NCBI RefSeq assembly: GCF_006345805.1
Contig: NC_043015.1
Location: 7,750,001-7,814,000, forward strand
Direction of reading: 5' to 3'
Length of the DNA stretch: 64,000 nucleotides
Source: Octopus sinensis
Lineage: Eukaryota
Position 1 is the first letter of the stretch, and the number at the start of each line of letters is the position of its first letter. Position numbers and translations under genes: made by a program. Positions 50,828 through 64,000 of this stretch are shown here, piece by piece. The notes under the pieces were generated by a model, which saw only the letters and a list, made by a program, of their open reading frames with translations, was not told where the DNA came from and made no database searches.

Positions 50828-53800
50828 CAATATAGATAGATATATATATATAGATACATAGTTAGTTTAGTTGAGGAGATAGATAGAGAATATATATATA
50901 TACAGAGGGAGGGATATAGATATAGAGATACAGAGTTATTTATATATAGATATATATACATAGGTATTGATATAATATATAGATATAGACATAGTTAGGT
51001 ATATATATAGATATATATATACATAGGTTATTTATATATAGATATATATAGACATAGTTATGTAGATATATATAGATATACATAGTAGTTATATATATAT
51101 ATAGATACATAGTTATTTATAATATATATATATATACATAGTTAGTTATATATATATATATAGAGAGACAGAGTTATTTATAGAGATAGATATAGAGATG
51201 CATAGGGAGGGAGAGATAGAGAGATAGATAGATGCAGTGAGGGAGATAGAGCTAGAGAGAGAGAGATATGCAGAGGTATTTAGAGATATACGATATATAT
51301 AGGCAGAGTTAGAGATATAGATAGGATATAGAGGCATAGGGAGGGAATAGAGAGAGAGAGATAGGCATAGGGAGGGATAGAGAGAGAGAGAGATAGAGCA
51401 GAGGGATTTATAGAGAGATATAGAGAGAGGCAGAGGGAGGGAGAGATATAGAGAGAGAGAGAGGCAGAGATAGGGAGAGAGGAGATAGAATATGCATAGT
51501 TAGGGATATAGAGAGATATATAGATAGACAGAGTTAGATATAGAGATAGAAGAGGGAGAGAGATATACAGAGGGATAGAGATAGAGAGATAGGGATAGAG
51601 AGAGAGAGACAGAGGAGGAGAAGAGAGAGAGAAGAGAGAGAGATAGAGGACATATAGAGAGACAGAGGGATAGGAGGATAGATAGAGAAGAGAGACAGAG
51701 GGAGAGAGATAGAGAGACAGAGAGAGAGACAGAGGGAGAGATAGATAGACATAGGGAGAGATAGAGATACAGAGAGGAGAGAGAGAGGACAGAGGGAGAT
51801 AGAGAGGAGATAGAGAGATAGGGAGAGATAGAGAGAGAGATAGACAGAGGGGAGTAGAGAGATATAGAGAGAGAGAGAGAGAGAGAGAGATAGGACAGAG
51901 GGAGAGAAGATAGAGAGAGAGAAGAGGGAGAGAGGAGAGAGAGAGAGAGACAGAGGGAGAGGGAGAGATATAGAGAGGAGAGAGAGACAGAGGGAGAGAG
52001 AGATAGAGAGAACAGAGGGATGAGAGATAGAGAGAGAGATAGGAGACAGAGGGAGAGATAGAGAGATAGATATAGAGAGAGAGATATAGACAGAGGGAGA
52101 GAGAGAGATAGAGGGATAGAGAGATAGACAGAGGTAGAATGAGAGAGACAGAGGGAAGATAGGAGATAGAGAGAGAGAGACAGAGGGAAGAGATATAGAC
52201 CGAGTGAGATAGATATATGAAGAGACAGAGGGACGATAGGATAGAGAGAGAGGACAGAGGAGAGAGAGAGAGAGATAGAGAGAGATACAGAGGGAGAGGT
52301 AGAGATATAGAGAGATAGAGACATAGGGGAGAGAGATAGAGAGAGAGAGCATAGTTAGATAGAGATAGAAGATAGAGAGAGATCTACAGAGGGATATAGA
52401 GGAGATAGAGAGAGAGAGGAGAGACAGGGGAGATAGAGATAGATAGACAGAGGGATATAGAGAGAGAGATATACATAGGGATAGAATAGAGATAGACAGA
52501 GGGATAGAGAGAGAGATAGATACATAGGGATATAGAGAGATAGTATAGAGAGACAAGGTTAGATATATAGAGATAGATATATGAGACATAGGGAGATATA
52601 TATATATTAGAGATAGAGATACAGAGGGATAGATAGATATATATAGCTATAGAGATACATAGGTAGTAGAGAGATATAGAGATTATATACATAGGTATAG
52701 ATATAATATATAGAGACTAGGGATAGATAGAGATAGATATATATACATAGGGAGAGAGAGAGAGAGAGAGACATGTAGATAGATATAGATAGACATAGTG
52801 ATAGAGATGATATAGAAGAGAAGAGGGGATAGAGAGTATATATAGATACATAGGTAATATATATATATATAGACATAGGTGAGATAGATAGATATAGATA
52901 GACATAGTGATAGATATATAGATATATATACAGAGTGAGAGAGAGATAGAGATATATACAGTAGGGAGGAGAGATAGAGATAGTACATAGTTATAAAGAT
53001 ATAGAGAGAGATACAGAGGTAGGAAGAGAGATAAATAGACATAGTTATGAGATAGATATATATACATAGGGATAGATATATAGATAGATATACAGAGGGA
53101 TAGATAGATATATAGATAACATAGGGATAGAGAGATATAGAGATAGACAGAGTGATAGATAGAGAGATATATATATAGATATAGTACTAGTTATATTCGA
53201 TAGAGATAGTATAGACAGAGTGAGAGAGAAGATATATATAGACAGAGTTAGATAGATATATCTATATATACATAGGGATAGAGATATCTATATATATATA
53301 TACATAGTGTAGATATATAGAGAGATATACATAGTTATATATATATAGATGAGATACAGAGGGATAGATATAGATATAGAGATAGACAGAGTTAGAGAGA
53401 GAATAGGATAGAGAGACAGAGGAGAGAGATAGAGAGAGATAGAGTCGATACATAGGTAGTAGATAGATAGATAGTAGAGATAGATAGAGAAGAGAGAACA
53501 GAGTTAGGGAGATAGATGAAGATATATAGAGATATATATACCATAGTTAGAGATAGGATAGAGAGATTAGTTAGATATAATAGATATATACAGAGAGAGA
53601 GAGATAGATATCTATATAGATATAGTAGATATAGATAGATAGAGATACAGAGTGGGATAGATAGATATATAGATAGATATATACATAGTTATATAGATAG
53701 ATATATAGAGAGTATTACATAGGTATATATATATAGAAGTATAAGGATATACATAGGGATATAGAGATATATATAGATATATACAGAGTTATAGATAGAG

Positions 53801-54787
53801 ATATATATAGATATACATAGTTAGTATATATATCTTCTAGATAGATATATAGAGACATAGTTAGATATATATATATAGATATTAGAGATCTACATAGGTT
53901 AGTCTATATAAGAGAGATATAGAATAGACATAGTTAGATATATATAGATCTAGATATATATACCTAGTTAGATATATAGAGAGATTATGATAGACATAGG
54001 GAGATCGAGATATATCTAGATAGAGACATAGTTATAGATATATATAGATAGATATACATAGTTTATATAATATAGATATATAGAGACATAGGTATATATA
54101 TAGATCTAGATATATACATAGTTATATATATAGATATAGATAGATACATAGGTAGAGAGATCGATAGATAAGATACAGAGGGAGATATCTAGATATATCG
54201 ATTCTATAGACATAGTTAGAGGTAGAGATAGATATATATATAGACATAGTAGATAGAGATCTATAGAAGAGATTACATAGTTATATATTAGAAGATATCT
54301 ACATAGGTATAGATATAGTTATCTATATAGATAGATACATAGTTAGATGTATATAGAGATATAGATACAGTTATATAGATTATCTATAGATATACATAGT
54401 TAATAATATATAGAGATATTATAGATACAGAGTTATAGATTAGATATATATATGTATATACATAGTTATATAGATATATATAGATACATAGTTATATATA
54501 GATATATATATATATATATATAGAGATACATATATATATATAGACATTGTTATATAGATTATAAAATATATATATATACACATTATATATATATACATTG
54601 TTATATATATACACATCTATATATATATACATTGTTATATATATATATACATATATATATATATACCATATATATATATATACATAGTTTATATATATAG
54701 ATTATATATATATATATATATATATACATGGTGATATATATATATATATATATATATAGATATATATACTATATATATATATACATA

Positions 54788-54826
<39 letters not shown>

Positions 54827-55324
54827 TAATATATACATAGTTATATATATAAATATAATCTATATATATATATCATATATATATATATACATAGTTATAT
54901 TATATATATATATATATATAATATATATACATATACTATATATACATAGTTATATATATATATACTATATATCTACATAGTTTATATATATATATATATT
55001 ATATATACATAGTTTATATAATATATATCTATACATAGTTATCTATATATATATATATATTACATAGTTATAATATATATATATCTATACATAGTTATAT
55101 ATATATCTATATATATACATAGTTATATATATATATTATATATATACATAGTTATATATATATATATATATACATAGTTATATATATTATATATATACAT
55201 GTGTATATATCTATATATATATACCATAGTTATATATATATATATATATACATAGTTATATATATATATATATAACATGGTTATATATAGATATCTATAT
55301 ATATATATATATATAATAAATTGT

Positions 55325-55356
<32 letters not shown>

Positions 55357-55358
55357 GT

Positions 55359-55395
<37 letters not shown>

Positions 55396-55415
55396 GTTAT
55401 ATATATATATATATG
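50828..55415. repeat. ~4.6-kb punctuated dinucleotide array, (TA)n-CATAGTTA grading to (GA)n-CAGAGGGA
   Basis: Directly visible. It generates all the long Ser/Leu/Ile/Tyr ORFs at 51.1-53.5 kb. Confidence 0.95.
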
Positions 55416-57381
55416 AGTGTGTGTATGTTGTATATTTGTTTATCGTGGAAGAGTAATATTTATATATATATATATTATAATATATATATACATTGATATG
55501 CATGTATACATACATACTTACACACACATTACGTGTGATTGTGTGTGAACGTATCTATATATATATTAACACTCGCACGTGCGTTTGTAGATATGCACCT
55601 TTATGTAAGTGATTTAATTTGATTAAAATATACTTTGCGTAATGAAAATAATATATTGCATGAAATTCAATACTCTAAGTATAGAGGATAGACGTATGTA
55701 TGAGATATTAACAATGAAATCAGAATTTTCCTTCAGGCTTTGGTGTATCAAATTGTAAGGTTCAACAATCCAAAATTGTCCAGCTGAAATTTCTGAGGTA
55801 GCTGTCAAATTTTGATATACTATTACACACACACACAAAAAAACCCACCCATTTACATACATTAATAGATATATACATACGGTGGTATGAACGTACATAA
55901 ATTCATGCATACATGCATGCACCCATAGACATACGCACATACATATGTACCGATGGTCTTTCGTGGATGCCTGTACGCCAAACATGAAATATATGAAAAA
56001 ACATGGGATACTTGTAGATAAATCACTTCACTATATAAATCCCCGCCGAAATTATATAAACGGTTTGATCAAATCCTCAAGATCATCGGAAACGTAAAAC
56101 TTATGTCGTATTCATCTTACCACACATACATCATACAATTTATATACTAGATTATTATGTTGTCGTTTTTAATCACGCAATTCATCGAGAAATTGCATAT
56201 ACAACGAAAAACGTAGTTATAGACAACATTAAACAGATATAGACGTATACACACAATCTTCAAATTTTCTTTCTTTCTTTCAAATTACGTTGTTACAGTA
56301 CTCTTTAGTGTAGCATAATGTCAATTGCTTAATGATACATTTTATTTTTGATAATTTTGATTTTATTATATTTCATGAATTTCATTTCATATGCCATGCT
56401 GAATTGCCTATAGCTATAATCAGAATTAGGTTCCATATGCTAATGATTGAAAATTTAATCATATCTTAGGAATATTAATGCGCTGAGCTTATATATATAT
56501 ATATATATATATATGATATTAAATTCCTTAACTGATAATTGAATAAAGCAATAAAGACGACGAGATAGTAAGAGAGAGAGAGAGGAAGAGACAGAAACTG
56601 GGGGAGACAGAGGCAGCAGTTTTTGCAATGTCTGAATAAAAATTATTGTATCTTTATCAGTATTTTGTTTTTTTAATGCTTCAAAAACAACTTGCTCATT
56701 TAAACACCCTAGAGAATTTAGCTGGATCGAAGGAAAGAAATATTTATGTTTACAGCCTAACCGTCTCACATTAGCTTTCATATACGCCAATTTTCCAATG
56801 AACACTATCGGATGGTTTATTCTCTGCTTTGTCTGTCTTACAGAATGTGTTTGTTGTTATGCTATTCGCGTACAGTCACATCCAGCTAGGTCAAATTTCG
56901 CTGTCGGAACTATAAATTCTCTAATAGGGTTACTTACCACACAAACCTTGTTTGTGATCAAAGCGACAGATATCTTTGTTCATATATTTGATTAATTCGT
57001 AAGCTCAATTGTGTGATATGTAATTTTCCTGATAAACTGAATGCAAAGATATGATCTAGATACAGACGAAATAATGAAGGGGGAATAGAAACGACGACGG
57101 AGTCAATGAAAGATAAATATCTCTATTAGAGTGATATCATATATCTGGGAAACAACTGCTTCTTTACTCTTAATAGATGTATGACTGTTTATCAATGAAA
57201 CAATTTATTCTTATTGGATGATGCGAAATCGTGTGGAATGTATTGGGATATTATCTCTAAGCACTATAGATATTTTTTTTATTATGGTTTGCATTTATGC
57301 AGACAAATTTTCTTGTAGCGGCGTCTGTAACGCAATATTTCACCTACAAAACTATTCGTATATTTATGCATACAGACATTC

Positions 57382-57453
<72 letters not shown>

Positions 57454-57769
57454 ATACTTAAGTGGGTATACAATTGGTGTCCACCGAAATTCGTAATTTT
57501 GTGCCAGTTAAAATAATCGCGGTTATTACTCTTTTAAATAGAGGGCATTATATAGCAAACTCCCCGAAATGGTAACTATAATGTACTTCAATATTATTTC
57601 TGTTGCAGATTCTTTGATGTTCCAATTCAATATATGTCTGCCTAATCCATCATTGCTATAATTCATAATATATATCAGAAATATACCATAAAAGCTCATA
57701 AAATACGAACTTACAAACATACATATATATATATATATATATATTATATATAATATATATATATACAGT

Positions 57770-58022
57770 ATGAAGATCCTTCCCGAGATATACAGAATCA
57801 TGGAGCATATTCCCCTGTTTCTGTGGCGCATATATTACCCCTTCCTGGATAGGACGCCAGTTCGTCGAAGGAATACATATGTTTGCCAATTGAGTGGGCT
57901 GGATCAACGTGAAATGAAATGTTTTGCGAAAGGGTTCATCCCGTAGCCCGGTTCACAAAATCGAAACAACAATCTTACGATCATAGGTCCAAGACCATGA
58001 ACACGTAGAGCCGCTACGTCAG
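57770..58022 (-). mobile_element. CORE/Meta-like tRNA SINE, diverged
   Basis: The reverse complement reads gacgtagcggctctacgtg...gatcgtaagattgttgtttcgatt...aacatttcatttcacgttgatccagcccactcaattggc, similar to the 7795 and 35178 copies. Confidence 0.65.
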
Positions 58023-59050
58023 CAATAGTTAAGACAGTCTTTTGAGAATATAGTTGACTGAATCTCGTGTGTCCAGATAACATATAAGCGATAATACTTT
58101 GTATTTTATATAATCTTTCAAGCAGTTTTATAGTTAGCTTTAATCGTAACAAGGTTTTTATAATAATTGTTAATTACGGGTATTCTTCTATTAATTCCTA
58201 GTTATAATATCTTAGCATTATCTATTAAGTTACTGGTATAAGCTTAACATTAAATTATGTAAGGATAACGCATATTTAATACGTATTTAGTGTTTTGATT
58301 ATTAATTTTTGAATTATGAAATAGAGCAATTCTCTCAGAATTAGTTATATTATTAGTTAAGTTCAATCAAGTTTGTTTTGGAGAGAAAATAATATAAAAG
58401 TTTTCACGTCTGTATGATTAACTATGGAAGACAGGTGGGAATATTATCTGCATGGACTTCAAGGGCAAGGTCGCGATTCAGTTATATAATCTAGGAGTGA
58501 GTTATACACTTACTTATTGACTTTTTTCAACGATATTATTTTCGTACGTTGGGCAAATTTGTTTTTTCTTTATTCTAGTTTAATTAATAATATCTGTTTA
58601 ATCATTCCTAGAATTAAGATTGAATGAATGTGGTGATATCTAAGGTATGTTTGCTCCTAAACAACACTTATTTTACCGCCGTTGACACCAACGGTGTGAA
58701 TGGTGCAGCCCAACTGTCGAAACTATAGGGATTTCGGTGGGTCAGTTGATGATGGAGGTGTGTTGGATTGTTGGTCTGAGTGTTATTGTATGCACGGAAT
58801 ATTTTTGTAACCCATCTATGATATATATATAAATTTGTCGTTGGTCGACCACAGAAATGTGATTAGACAATCAATGATAAATCTGAGGGAAAGGAAACGC
58901 CTGTGATTCAAACATTCACTCAAATTCACCACAAATCGAAAACAATTTGAATGAACTAGCCATCTCCCACAGATCCCTTGCCCGACGTATGAATCACTCA
59001 ACCTATATATATTATATATATGTATATATATCTATGGGTGTGTGTGTATG

Positions 59051-59081
<31 letters not shown>

Positions 59082-59590
59082 CTGTCTCTCTCTCTCTCTG
59101 TCTGTGCAAGTGTGTATCTATGTGTTTGTATGAATGTGCGTGTCTGGAGACTATTAGGTCATTAATGAACATCTTATCTCACATCCTGTTTTATCCATTG
59201 CAAATAAATGTTTCCTCTTTCGATATATGCTACTTTGCTGCAAAATTACCTGTACCTAATTCTCGTACATTTTCTTCTATAGCTCAAAATAATATGAAAA
59301 GAAATCTCGTCTTGAAGTTTACAATGCAACATAAATTCCAGATACAGTACCCCTTACCGTTGCGTACGTCATCCCAGATTGGGAAACAAGAACGTCTACA
59401 AATACACTTGCACATATTTATCACGTATGTACACACAGGCCTACGTACAGGCACATACACTTGTATCATAACGTCTCCACATAGATGCAACCTCACAAAT
59501 TTGCTAACCCATCTTATGTGCACAGTGAAGCAAAAGAAGGACTTCCTTTCCTTTCAAAGTCAGAGGGAAACATGTCTACGTTTGTTTTAG

Positions 59591-59630
59591 ACATTATGAA
59601 GAAAATTGAAAAATTGTTGACATATTACAA
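59591..59630 (+). other. Candidate 40-nt exon (IMKKIEKLLTYY), unverified
   Basis: tttgttttag|...caa|gtaagt, with near-consensus splice sites and an open frame. No homology recognised. Confidence 0.15.
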
Positions 59631-60936
59631 GTAAGTTGTACTCATTGGTATTGATACATTCTATCGATCGATCTAAGGTCATGAACATAATTGTATAGAT
59701 ATGTACACTTAGGACACATAAATATTTCCCCGTATTGTGTATATCTCTCTATGAATATCATTTTTGTGTGGTTGTATAAGTGTATGCTTTACTATAATAA
59801 ATTACTAATTTCAAATTTTTAGTATGATTATTACATGTCATGAAAGAGAATCATAGATTTATAAGGATAAATATTTATATTGTCCACTATTGATTATACT
59901 ATAACAGCAAATATATAATTTAGCTTACTTAAACTGGGATACGTTGTATGAACTATCGAGATTTTACTGAATTTATGAGAAAGGATCAATACTAACGTTG
60001 CACCAATATAATTCACTGATCAGATGTTTGGATATAAAATGTTATTCGAGACTTGTGTGCAACTCACAAAACACTTGATTGATTTCTTTTGTTGCTTGTA
60101 GTCTAGTCATAATATATATTCATTCTTGTAGCAGTTTAAGTTTTGGCTTAATTTGATATTAACTACGTGCTCAGAAAGAGTTATCTCTTTAATATTGGGT
60201 GTAAATATCATGTCGAGTTCTCTTTGTCACTATATCTCACAAACACATACAGATATACATGCGGACACACATATACACACGTACACACATATGTATGTCT
60301 ATAATTATACTTGTCTCTAATTTTCTTATTTTATTGACATTTAAGATGTTTCTTAGATCTTCTAACTGGAATATTTTTCTATGGAAATATTCTTCAATCG
60401 CTTTGAATTTAAATACTTGTTGAAATAAATTTCAGCTTATAATACGCTCGGATAGTTTTAATGAACTACGCCCAAGCGAACCGAATTAGCATTCTGTACA
60501 ACGTCATATTGACAATTATGGAGCGAAATATGAAATTAGCCGACAAGAAAAAAAAATGGATAAATTTATTCCATTTTAACACAAGAAATGACAAACCAAG
60601 CGTATGCAACATGTTAACACTTATATTAAATATTACTTCATATCTAAAATAAGTACGAGTCGATGTAACCAAGCCATTCAACAACCGAATTTGTTGGCCT
60701 TGTGGCAGAACTTGAAAGCAATATTTAAAGCGGGTAGGTTTTTTTAAAGGTAACTCAATCCGAAACTTATATCTTTAAAACTATCTAATAATATCGGTAA
60801 GAACATACAAGAATTGTTTTCAATGTATGTACCAGGCCATCAATTGTTCAGAAGGGATATTAGTTAAGATCTCTGAATCAGAACTATACAGCTGTTTTAG
60901 TTTATTAATCTCGGGGGAGGGTTTTTTTTTTATTCG

Positions 60937-61027
60937 TTTACTCTTTTACTTGTTTCATTCATTTGACGGCGGCCATGCTGGAACACCGCCTTTAGTCGAA
61001 CAAATCGACCCCAGACTTATTCTTTGT
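60937..61027 (-). mobile_element. Major octopus SINE, 3' tail fragment
   Basis: ctcttttacttgtttca...ggccatgctggaacaccgcctttagtcgaacaaatcgaccccagacttattctttgt, then an abrupt end. Confidence 0.88.
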
Positions 61028-61649
61028 TAGTTTGGGACAATCTCCCACTCATCAACCTTATTCATATTTTTTTGCCATGTCCAAAGCAATAGTTAAAAAA
61101 AAGGAAAAAGAGAATTCATAGAAAACAAAAGGGAAGAAGAAATATATAAACAAAAAACAAAGAAACAGTTCAATGAAATGTCACAATAGAAGAAAACAAT
61201 TCTTCAAAACAAGAAAGCACACCAAAAAAACACCTTCTGAGCATTCATGTACTCCAAGCCCTTATGGTACTCCAATTCGAACCTGGATTGCTTCACTTGA
61301 ATAAAGCTTTCCAACGTAGTCGTAAAATAGACACTATTTAAAAACAGTGAACGACTTTCGGTGGTAGGATAGTCACCAAACTCTATTTCTCACAATGAGA
61401 AAAAAAAATTTTCACTTCATGTGAACACTTAAAATACAGTTTTCAAATAACGGTAAATGTCTTTGCGGTAAAAACAAAGTATTTTGAAGGATACGCCCAC
61501 CAGACCATGAGAAAAAAATCTTCATTTACTATGGACCATATTGATGAACCACAAGTAGACCAACATTCTGAATTCAGTGAGGATTCCCAGTTTGTGAAAT
61601 ATATAAGCACAGACAACGACTCTCACCGGGTCCAAGAGAAAAGCCTTAC

Positions 61650-61730
61650 CTTGCAGTAGCTTCTTTTGGCGGGATAAACACAGCCGGCTATCTTCTTCAG
61701 TGAACAACACAATGGCGCATGCGCACACTG
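61650..61730 (-). promoter_or_regulatory. Candidate housekeeping-type promoter and non-coding first exon
   Basis: NRF1-type palindrome gcgcatgcgc (61715-61724), YY1-like aatggcg (61711-61717) and E2F-like ttttggcggga (61664-61674), followed on the minus strand by a strong donor CAAG|gtaagg after 61650. Confidence 0.4.
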
Positions 61731-64000
61731 ACAACAAGAATCATGGCAAGTCTCAAAACTCATGAGAATCAAGCTTTTTGCCACACCTACGCCTATAAAA
61801 TATACTGCTGCACTTGGCAGAATTCGATCTGAGAGTGTAAGGCATCATTAGCAACTATGCAATTTTTTTCTGTTCGAGTTCCTAACAAAAGAGTCATTTC
61901 CGCAAAAAGAAATTCTATCTACAGTCATGCCTATTTTATCGTTTCTTCTTTTCCTAACATTGCAAGATACTTCTAAATCGAAATATAGATACACATTTTA
62001 TCATGCTAAATCTAATATAGGTCTTTTGAAAGCTAACCTGCCAATATTATATACAAGATAATAGAATGTAGTTTCATTGATTTAACATTCACATTGTTTA
62101 TTACTATTTCCTTGTCCAGTGACATTTAAATAGAATTATTTTCGGTGGTGATTTCCATTACGGAGTGACTTACTACATTAGCTTCCGAGGAAAAGAAACA
62201 CCTGATTATATCAACCCAAGCATTTAGTTAGCACTTGATTTATTGTGCTTAATTATGAAATGCAAATTCTACCTCTGCGAGATTCGAACTAAAGAGTTAA
62301 AGATTTGGATTTGTAACAAAATATCACGAGCATTTCGTTAACCTAACCGATCCCAAACATTTTGTTTTAACATAAGTCGTCCATTAAGTGTAGACTTTGT
62401 AAATGTTTTACCTTATAAATGTTTTACATTATGTTACAGATTATCGCGTTTACGACACCCCTCAAAGCCAATTACGAATTTTAATCTGCAAGGATAACCA
62501 ATAATTACTTAACACTAAAGGCGACACTTCTTCTTACGTTCCTGTTTCTCTCTACTCCCACCTTCGCTATCTTAATCTGTCTATCATACTTCTTTGTCTC
62601 TCCCATAATCAGTTACATCATATTATAAGCAGCATGAGTTGCTGTATTAGCACAGTTTAGAGAGCGTGGTTTACAGACTGTTCTCATCCAGGTTGCATGA
62701 AACACTGTTGAAAGTAAACATCGACGGATGCTGCAGACTAATTCGTGTGTTATATGGCACAGAGTTGTAATATCATGTTTCGCTTCAAAAATATATGACA
62801 ACCCGTCGACCTATACACATTGCATAGAACAGCATAAATTAGTAGGGCATTGAAATGGTGCAATCATTTGAACGAAGGGTTGAACACTGGAATAATTAAC
62901 GTAAGAAATAACGAAGGAATCTCAACCACACATTAAACAATAGCACTGAAACAGTGACAGTTGCCTGTTTAGAAACAGTTCTATTTAGAAAATCCCTTGA
63001 GTTTAGACGCAATGGAATTTTCTTTTAATATTTAAGACTTAGTGTACAGTTAATATAGAATATGTAAAGAACATAATCGATTACGTACATGACAATCTCC
63101 TTGTATCATTGACTCCATATAAAGAAAAACAAAATCAGCTTCTGTGGAATTTGAGCTCAGAACGCAGAGGAATGTAACTATATACATTGTAACATATTTA
63201 CAATGTAGTTTTTACCACTCTATTGGCATTTTACTTAGTATAATATTACAGCGATCGACCGTATTGCTGATTCAATTTTATTCTGATGTTACACATTATT
63301 GAATTAATGATCGCAGTTCCTATAAATCATCGATTATTTTTCCTTCGTAACTAACAACTATTTATAGTATATACTGGATGGTAGAAATTTTATTCCATTT
63401 CTTAGCAAAATTTCAATTCACTTATATTATTGCAATATTCAGAATTGGCATTCCGCGACACCTGATGAAATTCGTTAATTTTGTTTCTCTGTATAATCAT
63501 AGAAAATTTTTAGGTTGTTTGCATAAACGCTCAAATCCTTAAGGGAAAATGTTAAAACGAAACATTAAATTAAATGATAGCTTTTCAATTTTTTTTTTTA
63601 TCTTTGTATAGAGAAAAGTCTAAAATGAATAGTCATTGGATCTTTTCTTTATAACATTGTGATACACACTAATTTCATCACCAAACAAGAAATGATGGGT
63701 AATTTTGATTCAATAATAATTTCCCCTATGATTAATAAGAACCTCAGTTATATGGCTTGAATATTTCGTGACCATACTCATCTCTTAATATACATGAGTA
63801 ATTTTTTATTCTTTCAATAATTCCCATTATTTGAATCGCAGCACTCTCATACCAACGAGAAATTTGAAGCAATTATATAAATTCCAGTATATGTATATTT
63901 GTTAATTAAGCTTGTCGATTTTTGTTTTTGTACTTATCGAATACACACCTGAGATTTTTGAGATCATAGTTCACAAACATTGATACACACACAAATCTAT

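Noticed and set aside
51146-53453. Long ORFs of up to 351 aa
   Set aside because: Translations of (TC)n/(TA)n repeats (Ser/Leu/Ile/Tyr); no coding signal.
58612-58644. 33-nt segment with good splice sites
   Set aside because: Stops in all three frames; shows that such site pairs arise by chance here.
59042-59590. 182-aa + strand ORF
   Set aside because: Starts in a microsatellite, has no recognisable domain, and its composition looks like non-coding DNA.
62655-62770. Peptide LESVVYRLFSSRLHETLLKVNIDGCCRLIRVLY, faintly like an RT subdomain
   Set aside because: Similarity too weak to call without a search.

Overview
AT-rich, microsatellite-dense animal genomic DNA with no protein-coding gene I can confidently identify. 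It is most likely an Octopus intron or intergenic region, inferred from a very abundant tRNA-derived SINE that I recognise as the octopus family. Almost all ORFs in the supplied track are translations of (TA)n/(CA)n/(GA)n repeats or SINEs. The window holds about 8 copies or fragments of the major SINE and several copies of two further SINE families (CORE/Meta-like and Nin-domain-like). It also holds a hAT-type MITE with an 8-bp TSD and fossil transposon coding fragments: an RTE-BovB 3' end, a mariner transposase, a HERO-like zinc knuckle plus RLE region, and an RT remnant. There are three diverged local duplications or arrays and a 4.6-kb compound microsatellite. Most notable are (i) a minimal type I hammerhead ribozyme inside a highly structured ~390-bp element inserted in (TA)n (37.9-38.3 kb); (ii) an unexplained multi-stem structure with a GAAA tetraloop (14.8-14.94 kb); (iii) a ~1.2-kb fold-back array of a ~420-bp unit (16.35-17.55 kb); (iv) a diverged duplication with a highly conserved 52-bp core and a frame-preserving ORF (25.7-28.0 kb); and (v) a candidate promoter and first exon near 61.7 kb. 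All alignments and pairings were made by eye, and no database search was run.
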